Notes under the pieces: model-generated
What the model saw: only the letters and a program-made list of their open reading frames with translations
Databases searched by the model: none
What the model was told of the DNA's origin: nothing
Shown: one piece after another, positions 41,530 to 51,613 of the stretch
Layout of the letters: every line of letters begins with the position of its first letter
Position numbering within the stretch: the stretch's first letter is position 1
Assembly (NCBI GenBank): GCA_963662465.1
Contig: OY759599.1
Coordinates: forward strand, 2,720,001 to 2,784,000
Reading direction: 5' to 3'
Length of the DNA: 64,000 nt
DNA from: Desulfatiglandales bacterium
GTDB taxonomy: Bacteria; Desulfobacterota; DSM-4660; Desulfatiglandales; Desulfatiglandaceae
Made by a program: the position numbers and the translations under genes

Positions 41530-44500
41530 TCAGGGCTGCCATCTGACTTTATCCGCCAGTGAAAAAGGTTGCCCTTCTTTCTCCTTAACCCCCTTGTCCA
41601 GTGCTGCCAAGGCCGGCAGGTTCCTCAAATCGCTGTTCCCCACAAAGGGCCGGGTTTGAAAAAGATAGAGTTTGCCGTCCACAAAACCGTATTCAATATC
41701 CCAGGGCAACGGATCCCCGCCGGTTCCCTTTTCAGGGATGAATTCTTTTTTAATTTTCTCCGCCGCATCCACCAGAGCGATGAGTTCCGGCTCCGTCAAC
41801 ACCCGCTCCGCGCCGGTGGAGGGCATCATCCGGCTGCCGCCCTTCCCTTCCAGGATGAGCATCCGCCGGGTGGGAGATTTAAACTGATTTAACAATACGG
41901 TCTCATTGGTACTGTAAAGCAACGTCTCGGCCGGAGAACCATCCACCGTGCCCCCGACACCTTCCGCCGTGGCGATGGTCATTTTAGTGGTATCCCCAGT
42001 GTCCACATCCGCCGTGATCAACACGCCGGATTTCTCCGACGGCACCGATTCCAAAACCACGATGGAGGGGAATACCAGGTTCGGATCGCTGATAACCGTC
42101 TGACGCCAGGAAAATGAACGATAGGTAAAGGGCGAAGCCCACACCTCTTTAACCCCTTCCAGTACATCCTTAAAGGTCATGAGGTTAAAAATGGTCAGGT
42201 TGAGACCGGCGCCGTTGAAATTGGGCATGTCTTCCACATTGGTATCGGAACGGACAAAAACACCCCGCAACCGTTCCTTTTCAGGACCCGTGAAAATTCC
42301 CTGAGATGCGATCTTCTCTCGCAGCGCTTCCACAAAAACCGGATCCAGGGTAATATTTCCAATGGAATATCGAACCACATCCAGCCTGGGTCGGATCCAT
42401 TGGGCCAGTTGAGTGGACGACATATGGGGATCCTTGAGCAGTTGATTAAAAAAAACGTCATAAGTCTGCCGCACAAATGCCGCCAGGGACTCTCCGGATT
42501 CGGCAATCCCCTTGCCCTTGAGATTCTCGGGCAACGCCACCACGGCCTTTTGAAAATGAGCATCATAGATACCAAAGGGAATCACCACCCCTCGGGCCAC
42601 ATTTTTGGGGAAATGGTATTTCAATTCCCCCAGAAAAGCAGCCTTGGGTCCGCACACAACGCCGGAATCCTTACGCCTGAGATTGTCCAACCCCAGGACC
42701 CGGGTCTCCTTGAGATTCAGCCTTTCGGCGTCTATGGCCAATTTGCCGGTTTGCCCTTTGATATCCGCATCACGGGTCCGTTTAAGGTTTTTTTCATATT
42801 CCGCCAGGATCAGTTTGTCTGCCTGATCCATCTTTTCGGCTTCCTTTAAAATGATCCGGCCCACAGGCGTAACCGCATAGAACAGGGACCGCCCCTGAAC
42901 CGGGGCTAACTGCCGGTACAACCCGTCCAAAAACACAGCATTGGGTACCCCAAGGGCGCGCGCCAGCAACTGCACATGGGATACCACATTTCCCTCATCC
43001 TTGGTGATGATGCCGGCCACGGGCTCAAGCTCCGCATTGGTGGTCTCAAGGGCCAGAATATTGTCCCGTGTGTAGCGCTGACCATCAAAAAACGCCAGAG
43101 GCCCCAGGGCCAGCCCCGGATTCAGGGCTCTTACGCCTTCAATAACGGTCTTTCCCAGAATGTGATGTTTAAGGCCCAGTTTACTTAACACATACCCTCG
43201 CAGGGATTTAATGATGGTGGCATAACCCATCAGGGGGGAAGATCGGATGATGTCGTCATTGATCCGCTGGACTTCCGGCAAAAGAAACACCCAGGGATCC
43301 CAAACGTCTGCAAATGCCGTTCGGATGGACGACTGCGCCCATTCCACAGCCAGATTTGAACGATTCAGAAGACGATACGCATCTCCCAGGGTTAAACCCT
43401 TTTTGTCGAGCAGTTTGTTAAAGGATAAAATACCGGTCTCATATTCCCGGTGACTCATCAGTCCGGCGCCATAGCTGCCGGCCAGCATATCCTTCAGGAT
43501 ATCAATCAGTTCCATGACCGTCCACTCCCGATCCAGCTCCATGAGCCGGTTGGCCGTCATGAGGATGAGCAGGTTGGCGGAAACATTCAGGTTAATTAAG
43601 GTCACGGCTTCTTCCGGTTTGATGGCCTTAACCGCCACCGTCTCCCGGGATGCCACCACCAGATCCGCCAGACTGTGAAGCAGCCTCAGGGGCGCATTGT
43701 GGGGAATATTCAATATATTTTTAATGAGATCCTGAATCCCTTTATTGGATATGATCGGCAAATATTCTTTCAACTGGCTTTGGTCCACATAAGTCAGACT
43801 TCGGATCATTTCAATCAACCGCACGTAATTCTGATCGTTTTTCCGGTCCTGGGGATGCTTTTTCCGAAAATCCTCAATCAGGGGAATCAAACTGGGAGAC
43901 AGGCGGTTGTGCACCAGATCTTTTACCGGCTTAAAGGGGGGATAGCTACGATAAATGACCAGGGACAGGTTTCGGATGTCATTGACCATAAAGAGGTTGG
44001 ATTTGCAGAAAAAACGTCGCTGCAATTCATATTGCAAAAAATAATCGTGAAAATCATTCCAGTCGGCAAGGGCATAATATTTGGCAAATAACATGGGGGC
44101 ATATTTGACCTCGAACTCCGTGCCGGAAATGCCCCCATAGGCGCGGGACATGTTAAGCTTGCTCTCCGGATGGGTATCCATGTAATATTTCTCAAGGATG
44201 AAGCCTTTAACCACACTATGATGATCCGGGTTTTGATCCCATAAGAACACTTCGTTGGAAAAGATGTTCCCCACATAAACCCCGAATCGTGCGAGGGTTT
44301 CAGCTGCATCATTACGGTAGGCCGAACAGAAAAGCTGCCCCACCCCCTCAAGTTCCCGGCAGGGATTGGGCCGAACCTTCATGTTCTTGTCCGCCACCGG
44401 CGCGAGCTTCCCATTGGTACAGGTACAGGTATTGATGGTAAAAGGCCCCTTTCTTTTAACCAGGATCGACTTATAAGCATTCTTCAAGACATTTTCTTCC

Positions 44501-44580
44501 CTGGAAGAAAGTTCGGCCCATCCAGGATCGCCAAAAAACAGAACACATAACGGAATCAGCGCCCACCATAATTTTTTCAT
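41530..44580 (-). CDS. Secreted PEP-utiliser/dikinase-like protein (phospho-His domain plus PPDK_N-type ATP-grasp)
   Basis: Signal peptide MKKLWWALIPLCVLFFGDPGWA; SHVQLLARALGVPN; GPKAAFLGEL, VRSDTNVED..FNGAG, VWAS, SGVLIT, DIEYG, LFQTRP. Confidence 0.85.
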   Translation of the reverse strand: MKKLWWALIPLCVLFFGDPGWAELSSREENVLKNAYKSILVKRKGPFTINTCTCTNGKLAPVADKNMKVRPNPCRELEGVGQLFCSAYRNDAAETLARFGVYVGNIFSNEVFLWDQNPDHHSVVKGFILEKYYMDTHPESKLNMSRAYGGISGTEFEVKYAPMLFAKYYALADWNDFHDYFLQYELQRRFFCKSNLFMVNDIRNLSLVIYRSYPPFKPVKDLVHNRLSPSLIPLIEDFRKKHPQDRKNDQNYVRLIEMIRSLTYVDQSQLKEYLPIISNKGIQDLIKNILNIPHNAPLRLLHSLADLVVASRETVAVKAIKPEEAVTLINLNVSANLLILMTANRLMELDREWTVMELIDILKDMLAGSYGAGLMSHREYETGILSFNKLLDKKGLTLGDAYRLLNRSNLAVEWAQSSIRTAFADVWDPWVFLLPEVQRINDDIIRSSPLMGYATIIKSLRGYVLSKLGLKHHILGKTVIEGVRALNPGLALGPLAFFDGQRYTRDNILALETTNAELEPVAGIITKDEGNVVSHVQLLARALGVPNAVFLDGLYRQLAPVQGRSLFYAVTPVGRIILKEAEKMDQADKLILAEYEKNLKRTRDADIKGQTGKLAIDAERLNLKETRVLGLDNLRRKDSGVVCGPKAAFLGELKYHFPKNVARGVVIPFGIYDAHFQKAVVALPENLKGKGIAESGESLAAFVRQTYDVFFNQLLKDPHMSSTQLAQWIRPRLDVVRYSIGNITLDPVFVEALREKIASQGIFTGPEKERLRGVFVRSDTNVEDMPNFNGAGLNLTIFNLMTFKDVLEGVKEVWASPFTYRSFSWRQTVISDPNLVFPSIVVLESVPSEKSGVLITADVDTGDTTKMTIATAEGVGGTVDGSPAETLLYSTNETVLLNQFKSPTRRMLILEGKGGSRMMPSTGAERVLTEPELIALVDAAEKIKKEFIPEKGTGGDPLPWDIEYGFVDGKLYLFQTRPFVGNSDLRNLPALAALDKGVKEKEGQPFSLADKVRWQP

Positions 44581-44708
44581 TGATCACCCTTTCAAAAAAA
44601 ATATACACTTTACAATTATCTGATCGACGAATAAACCCTTTGATTGTACCATTGGCGATATTGCATTGCAACCCCAACAAGGCTCTGAAAAAAATGATAT
44701 TCACCCGT

Positions 44709-46328
44709 ATGAAAAGCCAAAAAATCCCAATATCCGTTGGGTTTCTATTGACAATACTCTTCTCATTTCCATATGCTCACGGCGCACCTCGGCAGCAGGA
44801 CACGGGAAAAACGCCCTGTCTTCATCACCTCGTTGTCCTCTATACCAATGACGTTCACGGGCATCCGGTCAAGTTTTCAAATCTCTCCGTACCCGATGTG
44901 GGGGGTCTGCCCGCCCGGGCCACACTCGTAAAGGAAATCAGGAACGCCAATAAAAACGTCCTGCTTCTGGACGCGGGCGATCTGAATACCGGTGAAGCGG
45001 AATCCAATTTCTTCAAGGCAAAACCGGACATCCTGGGGTATAATTTCATGGGATATGACGCCATGGTGCTTGGAAATCATGAATTCGACAATCCCATCCC
45101 CGTTCTCAGAGAACAAATGGACCTGGCAAGATTCCCCTTCCTTTCCGCCAATATCAAAACCCAGGAGGGGGATGACCTGGCAATCCCTTTTATCATCAAA
45201 CAATTTGACGGCTTCAAAGTCGCCATTTTCGGACTTACCACAACAGACACCCAATTTATCGGAAACCCGGATTACATCAAAGACCTTATTTTTGAAGATG
45301 AAGTTGACGTCGCGAAAAATCTGGCGCCCATCCTGAAAAAACAGGCGGATGTGATCATTGCCCTCACCCACCTGGGCATATATGAAGGCAACAACCGGGG
45401 ATCAAAACGGCTGGCGTCCCAGGTGAGCGGCATTGATTTGATTGTAGACGGCAATACGGATACCAAACTGGATGCGCCCATTATCATTCAACAACCGGAT
45501 TCCGGCCATCAAACCCTGATTGTTCAGGCGTGGCACTGGGGTCTGGTTCTGGGAAAAATCGACCTTTGGATTGAGGACAAACAGGTTGTGGATTTCAATA
45601 TGGAACTGATTCCCATTAATTTGAAAAGGGTTGTCAGGAACGCGGATGGGAAAAAGACCTTTCATTTGATCGGAAACGAAATCAAGGAAGACCCGGCACT
45701 CCTGGCACTGCTTCAACCTTACAGGGACAAAGTCGGCCGGTTCCTCTCTGAAACCATCGGATATGCCAAAGGCGCCTTTGAATATGATGACGGAAGATTC
45801 CGGGAAACAGCCCTTGGCGACCTGGTGGCCGATGCCATGCAGTGGCATATGAGACGATTCAATCCGGATTTTGCCTTGACCAACAGCGGCGCCATCCGGG
45901 CAGGGCTTTCCGAAGGGCCACTGACCCAGAAAGCCATCTACGACATTCTTCCCTTTAACACTTCCGTGGTGTTTTTGACGTTGACGGGAACCCAGGTTCG
46001 AACTCTTTTTGACTATCTGGGAACCATCCAGCCGGGTGAAGGCGCCTTTCCACAGGTATCGAACGGTGTTTATTTCACCCTGAATCGCGAGAAGAAAAGT
46101 TGCGACAACATCCTCATCAACGGCAAATCCATTGATCCTGATAAATCATACGGCATCGCAACAAATTCGTATCTCGCAAAGGGAGGAGACGGCTATCGTA
46201 TTTTTTTAGAAGCGACCGACCCGTTTGATTCATCCATTTTCCAACGAGACGCCCTGATTGCCTACATCAAGCATCTGGGAGGAAACATTGCCCCGAAAGT
46301 AAACAAAAGGATGATGCTCATTCCATGA
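44709..46328 (+). CDS. Secreted 5'-nucleotidase/UshA-like metallophosphoesterase
   Basis: Signal peptide ending AHG; TNDVHG, DAGD, GNHEFD, LTHLG; C-terminal domain NSGAIRA, ILPFN, ATNSYLAKGGDGY; start ATG 44709 preferred over 44580. Confidence 0.9.
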   Translation: MKSQKIPISVGFLLTILFSFPYAHGAPRQQDTGKTPCLHHLVVLYTNDVHGHPVKFSNLSVPDVGGLPARATLVKEIRNANKNVLLLDAGDLNTGEAESNFFKAKPDILGYNFMGYDAMVLGNHEFDNPIPVLREQMDLARFPFLSANIKTQEGDDLAIPFIIKQFDGFKVAIFGLTTTDTQFIGNPDYIKDLIFEDEVDVAKNLAPILKKQADVIIALTHLGIYEGNNRGSKRLASQVSGIDLIVDGNTDTKLDAPIIIQQPDSGHQTLIVQAWHWGLVLGKIDLWIEDKQVVDFNMELIPINLKRVVRNADGKKTFHLIGNEIKEDPALLALLQPYRDKVGRFLSETIGYAKGAFEYDDGRFRETALGDLVADAMQWHMRRFNPDFALTNSGAIRAGLSEGPLTQKAIYDILPFNTSVVFLTLTGTQVRTLFDYLGTIQPGEGAFPQVSNGVYFTLNREKKSCDNILINGKSIDPDKSYGIATNSYLAKGGDGYRIFLEATDPFDSSIFQRDALIAYIKHLGGNIAPKVNKRMMLIP

Positions 46329-49300
46329 AAAACACACAACCCCCTAAAACAACTGCTGCCGATATCCGGCAAATTGAATTCTTTCGTCAGGGCATGGCCC
46401 TGTTGCCGGACCCCTCCGACAAACGGCCCGGCGTCGCATTTTTCGTTCAGGGAAACGATTTTGAACTCACCCAGCGATTTTGCACCTGTGCCTTGTCTAA
46501 AAACAAGACCTGCCGACATATTAAGGATCTCATGCAGGCCTACAAGGCATTGCAACAGAAATCCGGGCAAAAGCATTTTGATGATGGTTTCCGGTCCAGC
46601 ATCTGGTACCGCCTGGCAACCATTTTGGGAGAAGGGTGCAGTGAAACCCACCGGACCGTAATTTTTCAAACCCGAAAAAGCGGCGGCAGGAGCGTCGTTG
46701 AAGTCGTCGACTCAAATGGCGCAACCCTGGTCCATTATTTTTCCGATGGCGCTGATCGCACCCGTTTTTTCGAACGTTGCGGTGCATCCACCACCCATAA
46801 TGAAGGCATTCCAAACCGGACATGGGTCCTTTCACGGCTGGCTTTTATGACCCAAACCGACAATGAAAAAAACATGAACTCCCGAGGATTCAAAACCCGG
46901 AAACAGGTCTTGGAAGAAGGCTTCTGGTTTAAATGCGCCTATCATGGTTTTCGGGAATTTGGGGAAGAAGATCCCCAAAAGGGGCGCTACACCTTTAAAT
47001 CGGCCATTGCGGAAACTACGGGAACTTTCACGGTTTCCTGCCTGACGCCCGACGGCGCCCCCCTGATTCGTCTGGTAATTCCCCGAAACAAAGTCAAAAG
47101 TCTGCTGTCAATATTTAACGACCTTCTGCCCAATCAACACGTGCCGGCCATCCATCCCATCCCCCTGAAGTCGATTTTCAAAATCACACAGAATACGGAA
47201 CTGGACCTGGAAATCAGGCCACAAATCCAATGGCTTCAGGAAAACGGCGAAGAAGCATTTTTTGAAAGCGAGGGTTTGGAAAAATTCACCTATGGCCCCC
47301 TGGTTTACATCAAGGAAATGGGCATCATGGCCCAATTGGAACAACCGGGACAATCCAGAAAGTTCAAAGCGCCGATAAAAATGGCACTCAAAAAGTCCCA
47401 GATTCCCGTTTTCCTGGAGGAATATGAAGAAGATCTCAAAGACGGTGCATTCAGGGTGGACGACACGGTCGAAGGGCTTAAAATCCTGAAAACCTTTGAC
47501 CGCATGGAAATCAGGCCCGAGCTGCTCGATCGGGATTGGTACTATCTGTCGGTCCGATACGGTTTCGGCAGCCAAACCATTTCTCTTGCTGAAATTCTGA
47601 GAACCAAAGCCGCGGGCCAACGATACATCGGCAGTAAAGTCGGCTGGATCGACTGCGCTTCGGAAGCATTTGAGGGCCTGGCGGAAATTGCCGAAAATCT
47701 CAAACCCGACAACCACAAAGACGCGGAAGAAAGGATCAAGCTATCGCGACTGGATCTGTTCCGATTGCAGGCTCAGTGCCGTGAATCCCTGACGGTTGCG
47801 GGCGAGAACGAAACGAGCAACCTGCTCAAAAAAATGCTCACCCTCAAGCCGGCGGCGCCATTGCCCGAAATGGCGGGATTACGCTCGATCCTTCGCCACT
47901 ACCAGGAACTGGGCGTGGAATGGATCCACTTTCTGTTCCAAAACGGGTTTGGGGGACTCCTCTGCGACGACATGGGCCTCGGCAAAACCCACGAGGTCAT
48001 GGCCTTCCTGGTTGGCCTTCTGGAACAGGAAAAAACCTGCGACCCCTTTCTCGTGGTATGCCCCACAACGGTTTTAAGCCATTGGAACAACATTATCCGC
48101 CGTTATGCCCCGGTTCTAAACCCCGTCATCTACCACGGCCCCCAGCGGGACCTGGGTAACGCCCTTAATCATCATCAGGTCCTTTTGACTTCCTACGGCA
48201 TTCTAAGACAAGATATCGCCGCGATGGAAACATTGAATTTTTCCGTAGCGGTCTTTGACGAAATTCAGAACCTCAAAAACCCGCAAACCATCGGTTACCA
48301 ATCCGCCAGAAAAATCAATGCCCGCATGAAGCTGGGCCTCACCGGCACCCCCATCGAAAACCGTATCACCGAGCTGAAAGCGCTCATGGATTTGACGCTC
48401 CCCGGATACCTGGGCAAAGATGCGGACTTTGAAACCCGCTATGTGAAACCCATCGAACAGAATGGGGATGACGCAAAAAAAGCCCAACTCTCGAACGCTA
48501 TTTTGCCCTTTGCCCTTCGCCGCAAAAAAGAAAGCGTGCTTCATGATCTCCCCGAAAAGATCGAAGACACCAGGACCTGCGCCCTTTCGGAAGATCAGGT
48601 TAAGCTGTATCGCGATGCCATTTCCACCCGGGGAAAAGGCCTCCTGGAAACCCTGAAGCATGACGGAAAAGCCGTTCCCTACATCCACATATTTGCCTTG
48701 CTCAATTTACTGAAACAGATCTGTGACCACCCTTCCCTGGTGGAAGGAAAAATCGAGGATTATCAACGCCTGGAATCCGGGAAATGGGATCTTTTCCAGG
48801 AACTCCTGGAAGAGAGCCTGGACAACGGTCAGAAGATCGTGATTTACAGCCAGTTCCTGGGCATGATCGGTATCATGGAAAAACACCTGATGGAAAAGGG
48901 CATTGATTTCGTATCCCTTACGGGGAAAACCCGAAACCGGGGGAAAATCATCCAGCGGTTCAACCAGGACCCCATGTGCCGCGTATTCGTGGGCAGTCTG
49001 AAGGCCGGCGGGGTGGGCATCGATCTGGTGGCCGCTTCGGTGGTCATCCACTATGATCGCTGGTGGAACGCCGCCCGGGAGGACCAGGCCACGGACCGGG
49101 TCCATCGGATCGGTCAGAAAAGGGGGGTACAGGTCTTCAAACTCGTAACGGAAGGCACTCTTGAAGAAAAAATCGCGGCCATCATTTTGAAAAAACGAAA
49201 CCTGATGGACACCGTGGTCGAAGAAACTGATCCGGGGGTCATGAATCGTTTTACCCGGAAAGAACTCATCGACCTGCTGGCGATCCCTCATCTCTCATGA
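46325..49300 (+). CDS. SNF2-family helicase/ATPase with N-terminal SWIM-like zinc finger
   Basis: CTC...CRH; DDMGLGKT, DEIQ, LTGTPIEN, SLKAGGVG, QATDRVHRIGQ. Confidence 0.93.
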   Translation: MKNTQPPKTTAADIRQIEFFRQGMALLPDPSDKRPGVAFFVQGNDFELTQRFCTCALSKNKTCRHIKDLMQAYKALQQKSGQKHFDDGFRSSIWYRLATILGEGCSETHRTVIFQTRKSGGRSVVEVVDSNGATLVHYFSDGADRTRFFERCGASTTHNEGIPNRTWVLSRLAFMTQTDNEKNMNSRGFKTRKQVLEEGFWFKCAYHGFREFGEEDPQKGRYTFKSAIAETTGTFTVSCLTPDGAPLIRLVIPRNKVKSLLSIFNDLLPNQHVPAIHPIPLKSIFKITQNTELDLEIRPQIQWLQENGEEAFFESEGLEKFTYGPLVYIKEMGIMAQLEQPGQSRKFKAPIKMALKKSQIPVFLEEYEEDLKDGAFRVDDTVEGLKILKTFDRMEIRPELLDRDWYYLSVRYGFGSQTISLAEILRTKAAGQRYIGSKVGWIDCASEAFEGLAEIAENLKPDNHKDAEERIKLSRLDLFRLQAQCRESLTVAGENETSNLLKKMLTLKPAAPLPEMAGLRSILRHYQELGVEWIHFLFQNGFGGLLCDDMGLGKTHEVMAFLVGLLEQEKTCDPFLVVCPTTVLSHWNNIIRRYAPVLNPVIYHGPQRDLGNALNHHQVLLTSYGILRQDIAAMETLNFSVAVFDEIQNLKNPQTIGYQSARKINARMKLGLTGTPIENRITELKALMDLTLPGYLGKDADFETRYVKPIEQNGDDAKKAQLSNAILPFALRRKKESVLHDLPEKIEDTRTCALSEDQVKLYRDAISTRGKGLLETLKHDGKAVPYIHIFALLNLLKQICDHPSLVEGKIEDYQRLESGKWDLFQELLEESLDNGQKIVIYSQFLGMIGIMEKHLMEKGIDFVSLTGKTRNRGKIIQRFNQDPMCRVFVGSLKAGGVGIDLVAASVVIHYDRWWNAAREDQATDRVHRIGQKRGVQVFKLVTEGTLEEKIAAIILKKRNLMDTVVEETDPGVMNRFTRKELIDLLAIPHLS

Positions 49301-50979
49301 TCAAGCCGCAACCCATCAAAATCTTTCTGACGGTTTCCCTGATTTTCGGCATCTTTATCCTGGCATCTTTTCCGAACCTCGGGAAAATTTCCTACTGGCC
49401 TCCGGATGCCGACAAGATTGCCATGGATGGGGTCTTCGTATTCGATTTCGTAAAAGATCTTCCCCACTCCCTCCTTCATCCCTACCAGTACGCCGTTGAA
49501 TACTATGCCCGTTATCCCAGCCTGTCGGTGGGCCAGCGGCCCCTTTTTTTCCCGACCATTGAAGCCCTGTTTTACGCCATGATGGGGTTGACGTATATGG
49601 CCCCCAGGATTGCGGTATTGCTGTTTCTCTATGTGGGCATGTTGAGCTGGGTCCTGTTGGTCGCCGGAACCCATAATATCAAAGTTGCCGTGCTTTCCCT
49701 CCTGCTGTGGCTAAGCAATCCCAATATATACATTTATTCCCAGAACATCTTACTGGAAATTCCCACCCTTTCCATGAGCATTCTCACCCTATATCTGCTA
49801 TATCGCTATTTTTCCGCTCCCTCCGTCCGCATGGGCATCCTCCTGGGAATTACAACGGGATTGATGCTGTGGACCAACCAGAAAGCCGTTTTCATGCTCC
49901 CCATGTTCCTTCTGTACCCCCTTTGCGGCAAAAAACCGAAACTCCTTCTGGCGCGCAGCACCTGGATGCCGGCGGCCGTCATTCTCTTATTTTTGATCCC
50001 CCTGACCCTTCTCAGCATCTGGCTGGGGGCTCACAATATCGCCCTGAGCATCAAAGATCATATGGCGCCCCAGCAGGCGCAAATCGTACAAAATGGTCAT
50101 TCTCAGCTTCTCGTATATCTCTATTATCTCTATCACGACCATTTTTCCCTTCCCATTCTCTCATTGGCTGTTTTGGGAATCGCAATCGCCATCTTCAAAA
50201 AGGACGGCAACAGCATCCTCTACGGACTGACCATATTTTGCGTATATCTCACCTTTACGATCATCAGCGTAAAGATTCCCCGCTACGCCATCTACTGGAT
50301 TCCAGCCTTTTGTTTCTTCGCGGCCCTGGGGGCTTTTGAAATCGCACACGCGCTATCCGAACGAATCAACTCGGGGAAAGTGATCCCATATGTCCTTTGC
50401 ACGTTGCCCCTTATCTTTCAAATCTGGATATCCTTTCCCATTCCTATCTACCATGTGTCAGGCTATGAAGCGGCCGCCCGGTATGTTCTTAAACACAGCC
50501 GGTCACCGGTGCTTTTTTTTATCGGCATGGGAAACGGACAATTCTCTTTTTTTGTGAGAAAGCTTGACCCGGAAAAACGTTTCATGATCCTGCGTGGACA
50601 AAAAATCATCAGCACTTCCTTGATCCATAACGACCATCACATGACCGTTTACCTACATAACATCAAGGAAATCCATGATGAACTGCAACGGATGGGGGTT
50701 CAATACGCCGTAGTGGAATCCCCCCTTGAAGCACCCGATATCCCCGCCTATAAAGCATTGCAGGATCTACTTCAGGATCCGAAATTTTTTACCCTGAAAA
50801 AAACCATTCCCTTGAAAATCGTCCCACCCCACTGGAATAAGGATTTCAAACTGCTCATATACGAAAATCGAAACCCGCTGCCCATCAACCAGAACCAGCC
50901 GTTGACCCTTCACATACCGGCAGCCGGAAAGACCCTTAGGGTGACCCTTGGCGAAATGGTGGGGAACGAAGACGAATAA
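49297..50979 (+). CDS. ArnT/PMT-like (GT-C fold) membrane glycosyltransferase
   Basis: N-terminal TM then D..K.AMDG loop, YYARYP...PLFF, LLEIP, K.PRY; many TM segments and a periplasmic C-terminus. Confidence 0.75.
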   Translation: MIKPQPIKIFLTVSLIFGIFILASFPNLGKISYWPPDADKIAMDGVFVFDFVKDLPHSLLHPYQYAVEYYARYPSLSVGQRPLFFPTIEALFYAMMGLTYMAPRIAVLLFLYVGMLSWVLLVAGTHNIKVAVLSLLLWLSNPNIYIYSQNILLEIPTLSMSILTLYLLYRYFSAPSVRMGILLGITTGLMLWTNQKAVFMLPMFLLYPLCGKKPKLLLARSTWMPAAVILLFLIPLTLLSIWLGAHNIALSIKDHMAPQQAQIVQNGHSQLLVYLYYLYHDHFSLPILSLAVLGIAIAIFKKDGNSILYGLTIFCVYLTFTIISVKIPRYAIYWIPAFCFFAALGAFEIAHALSERINSGKVIPYVLCTLPLIFQIWISFPIPIYHVSGYEAAARYVLKHSRSPVLFFIGMGNGQFSFFVRKLDPEKRFMILRGQKIISTSLIHNDHHMTVYLHNIKEIHDELQRMGVQYAVVESPLEAPDIPAYKALQDLLQDPKFFTLKKTIPLKIVPPHWNKDFKLLIYENRNPLPINQNQPLTLHIPAAGKTLRVTLGEMVGNEDE

Positions 50980-50986
50980 TGAAAAG

Positions 50987-51613
50987 CTATTCCTTTAATT
51001 TACAGGTGATTTTTCCAAACATGAAAGCGAGTCCGCTGTAAAAAAAATAGAAACAATGCATTAAAATGCTTTTAAATAAAAAACCAATCCCCCGAAGCCG
51101 CATAAAATAAAAATACAGGTCCCTGTTTAAGAAAAGAATGAGTACCAAAAAAAATCCAGTGACGCCCCAACCCCATTTTGAGATAAATATCAGCGGCAGT
51201 GTCACCAGCAAAGCGAAAACCAAAGCGCATGAAATGCGATCGGTTATCGTGAGATTCAGATCCGAGCCGACGCAATCCCCGTGAATCTCCACATCCGCAT
51301 CCACGAAGAACAGAATATCCCCCTTTGCCGCTTTCGCCCCAACGTTTCTCGCCCCGGCAGGCCCCATGGGCGGAGGCCCAATGGAAATCACCTTAATGCC
51401 GAAGCCCTCGGCCATTTGCCCGGAGCCATGGGCATCCCCATCCGCCACAACAATCAATTCATCGGGCCGAGGTCGAGCGGATTGAATGCCCATCAGACAG
51501 CGTTTGAATTTTGCCCCGCCATTATGAACGGGAACGATAACCGAAATTCGCGATCCTTCACCCCCAGAGATTTCACTATTTTTCTTGACATTCTCGACCG
51601 CACATGTTTTCAT
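50987..51613 (-). pseudogene. GT2 glycosyltransferase with probable internal in-frame deletion
   Basis: ISVIVPVHN, GPAGARNVG, FFVDAD followed after about 8 aa by the C-terminal SDLNL...TM region; catalytic half absent. Confidence 0.65.

Noticed and set aside
41530..44580. Annotation as ordinary PEP synthase (ppsA) or PPDK
   Set aside because: Has a signal peptide, reversed domain order and no C-terminal pyruvate-binding barrel
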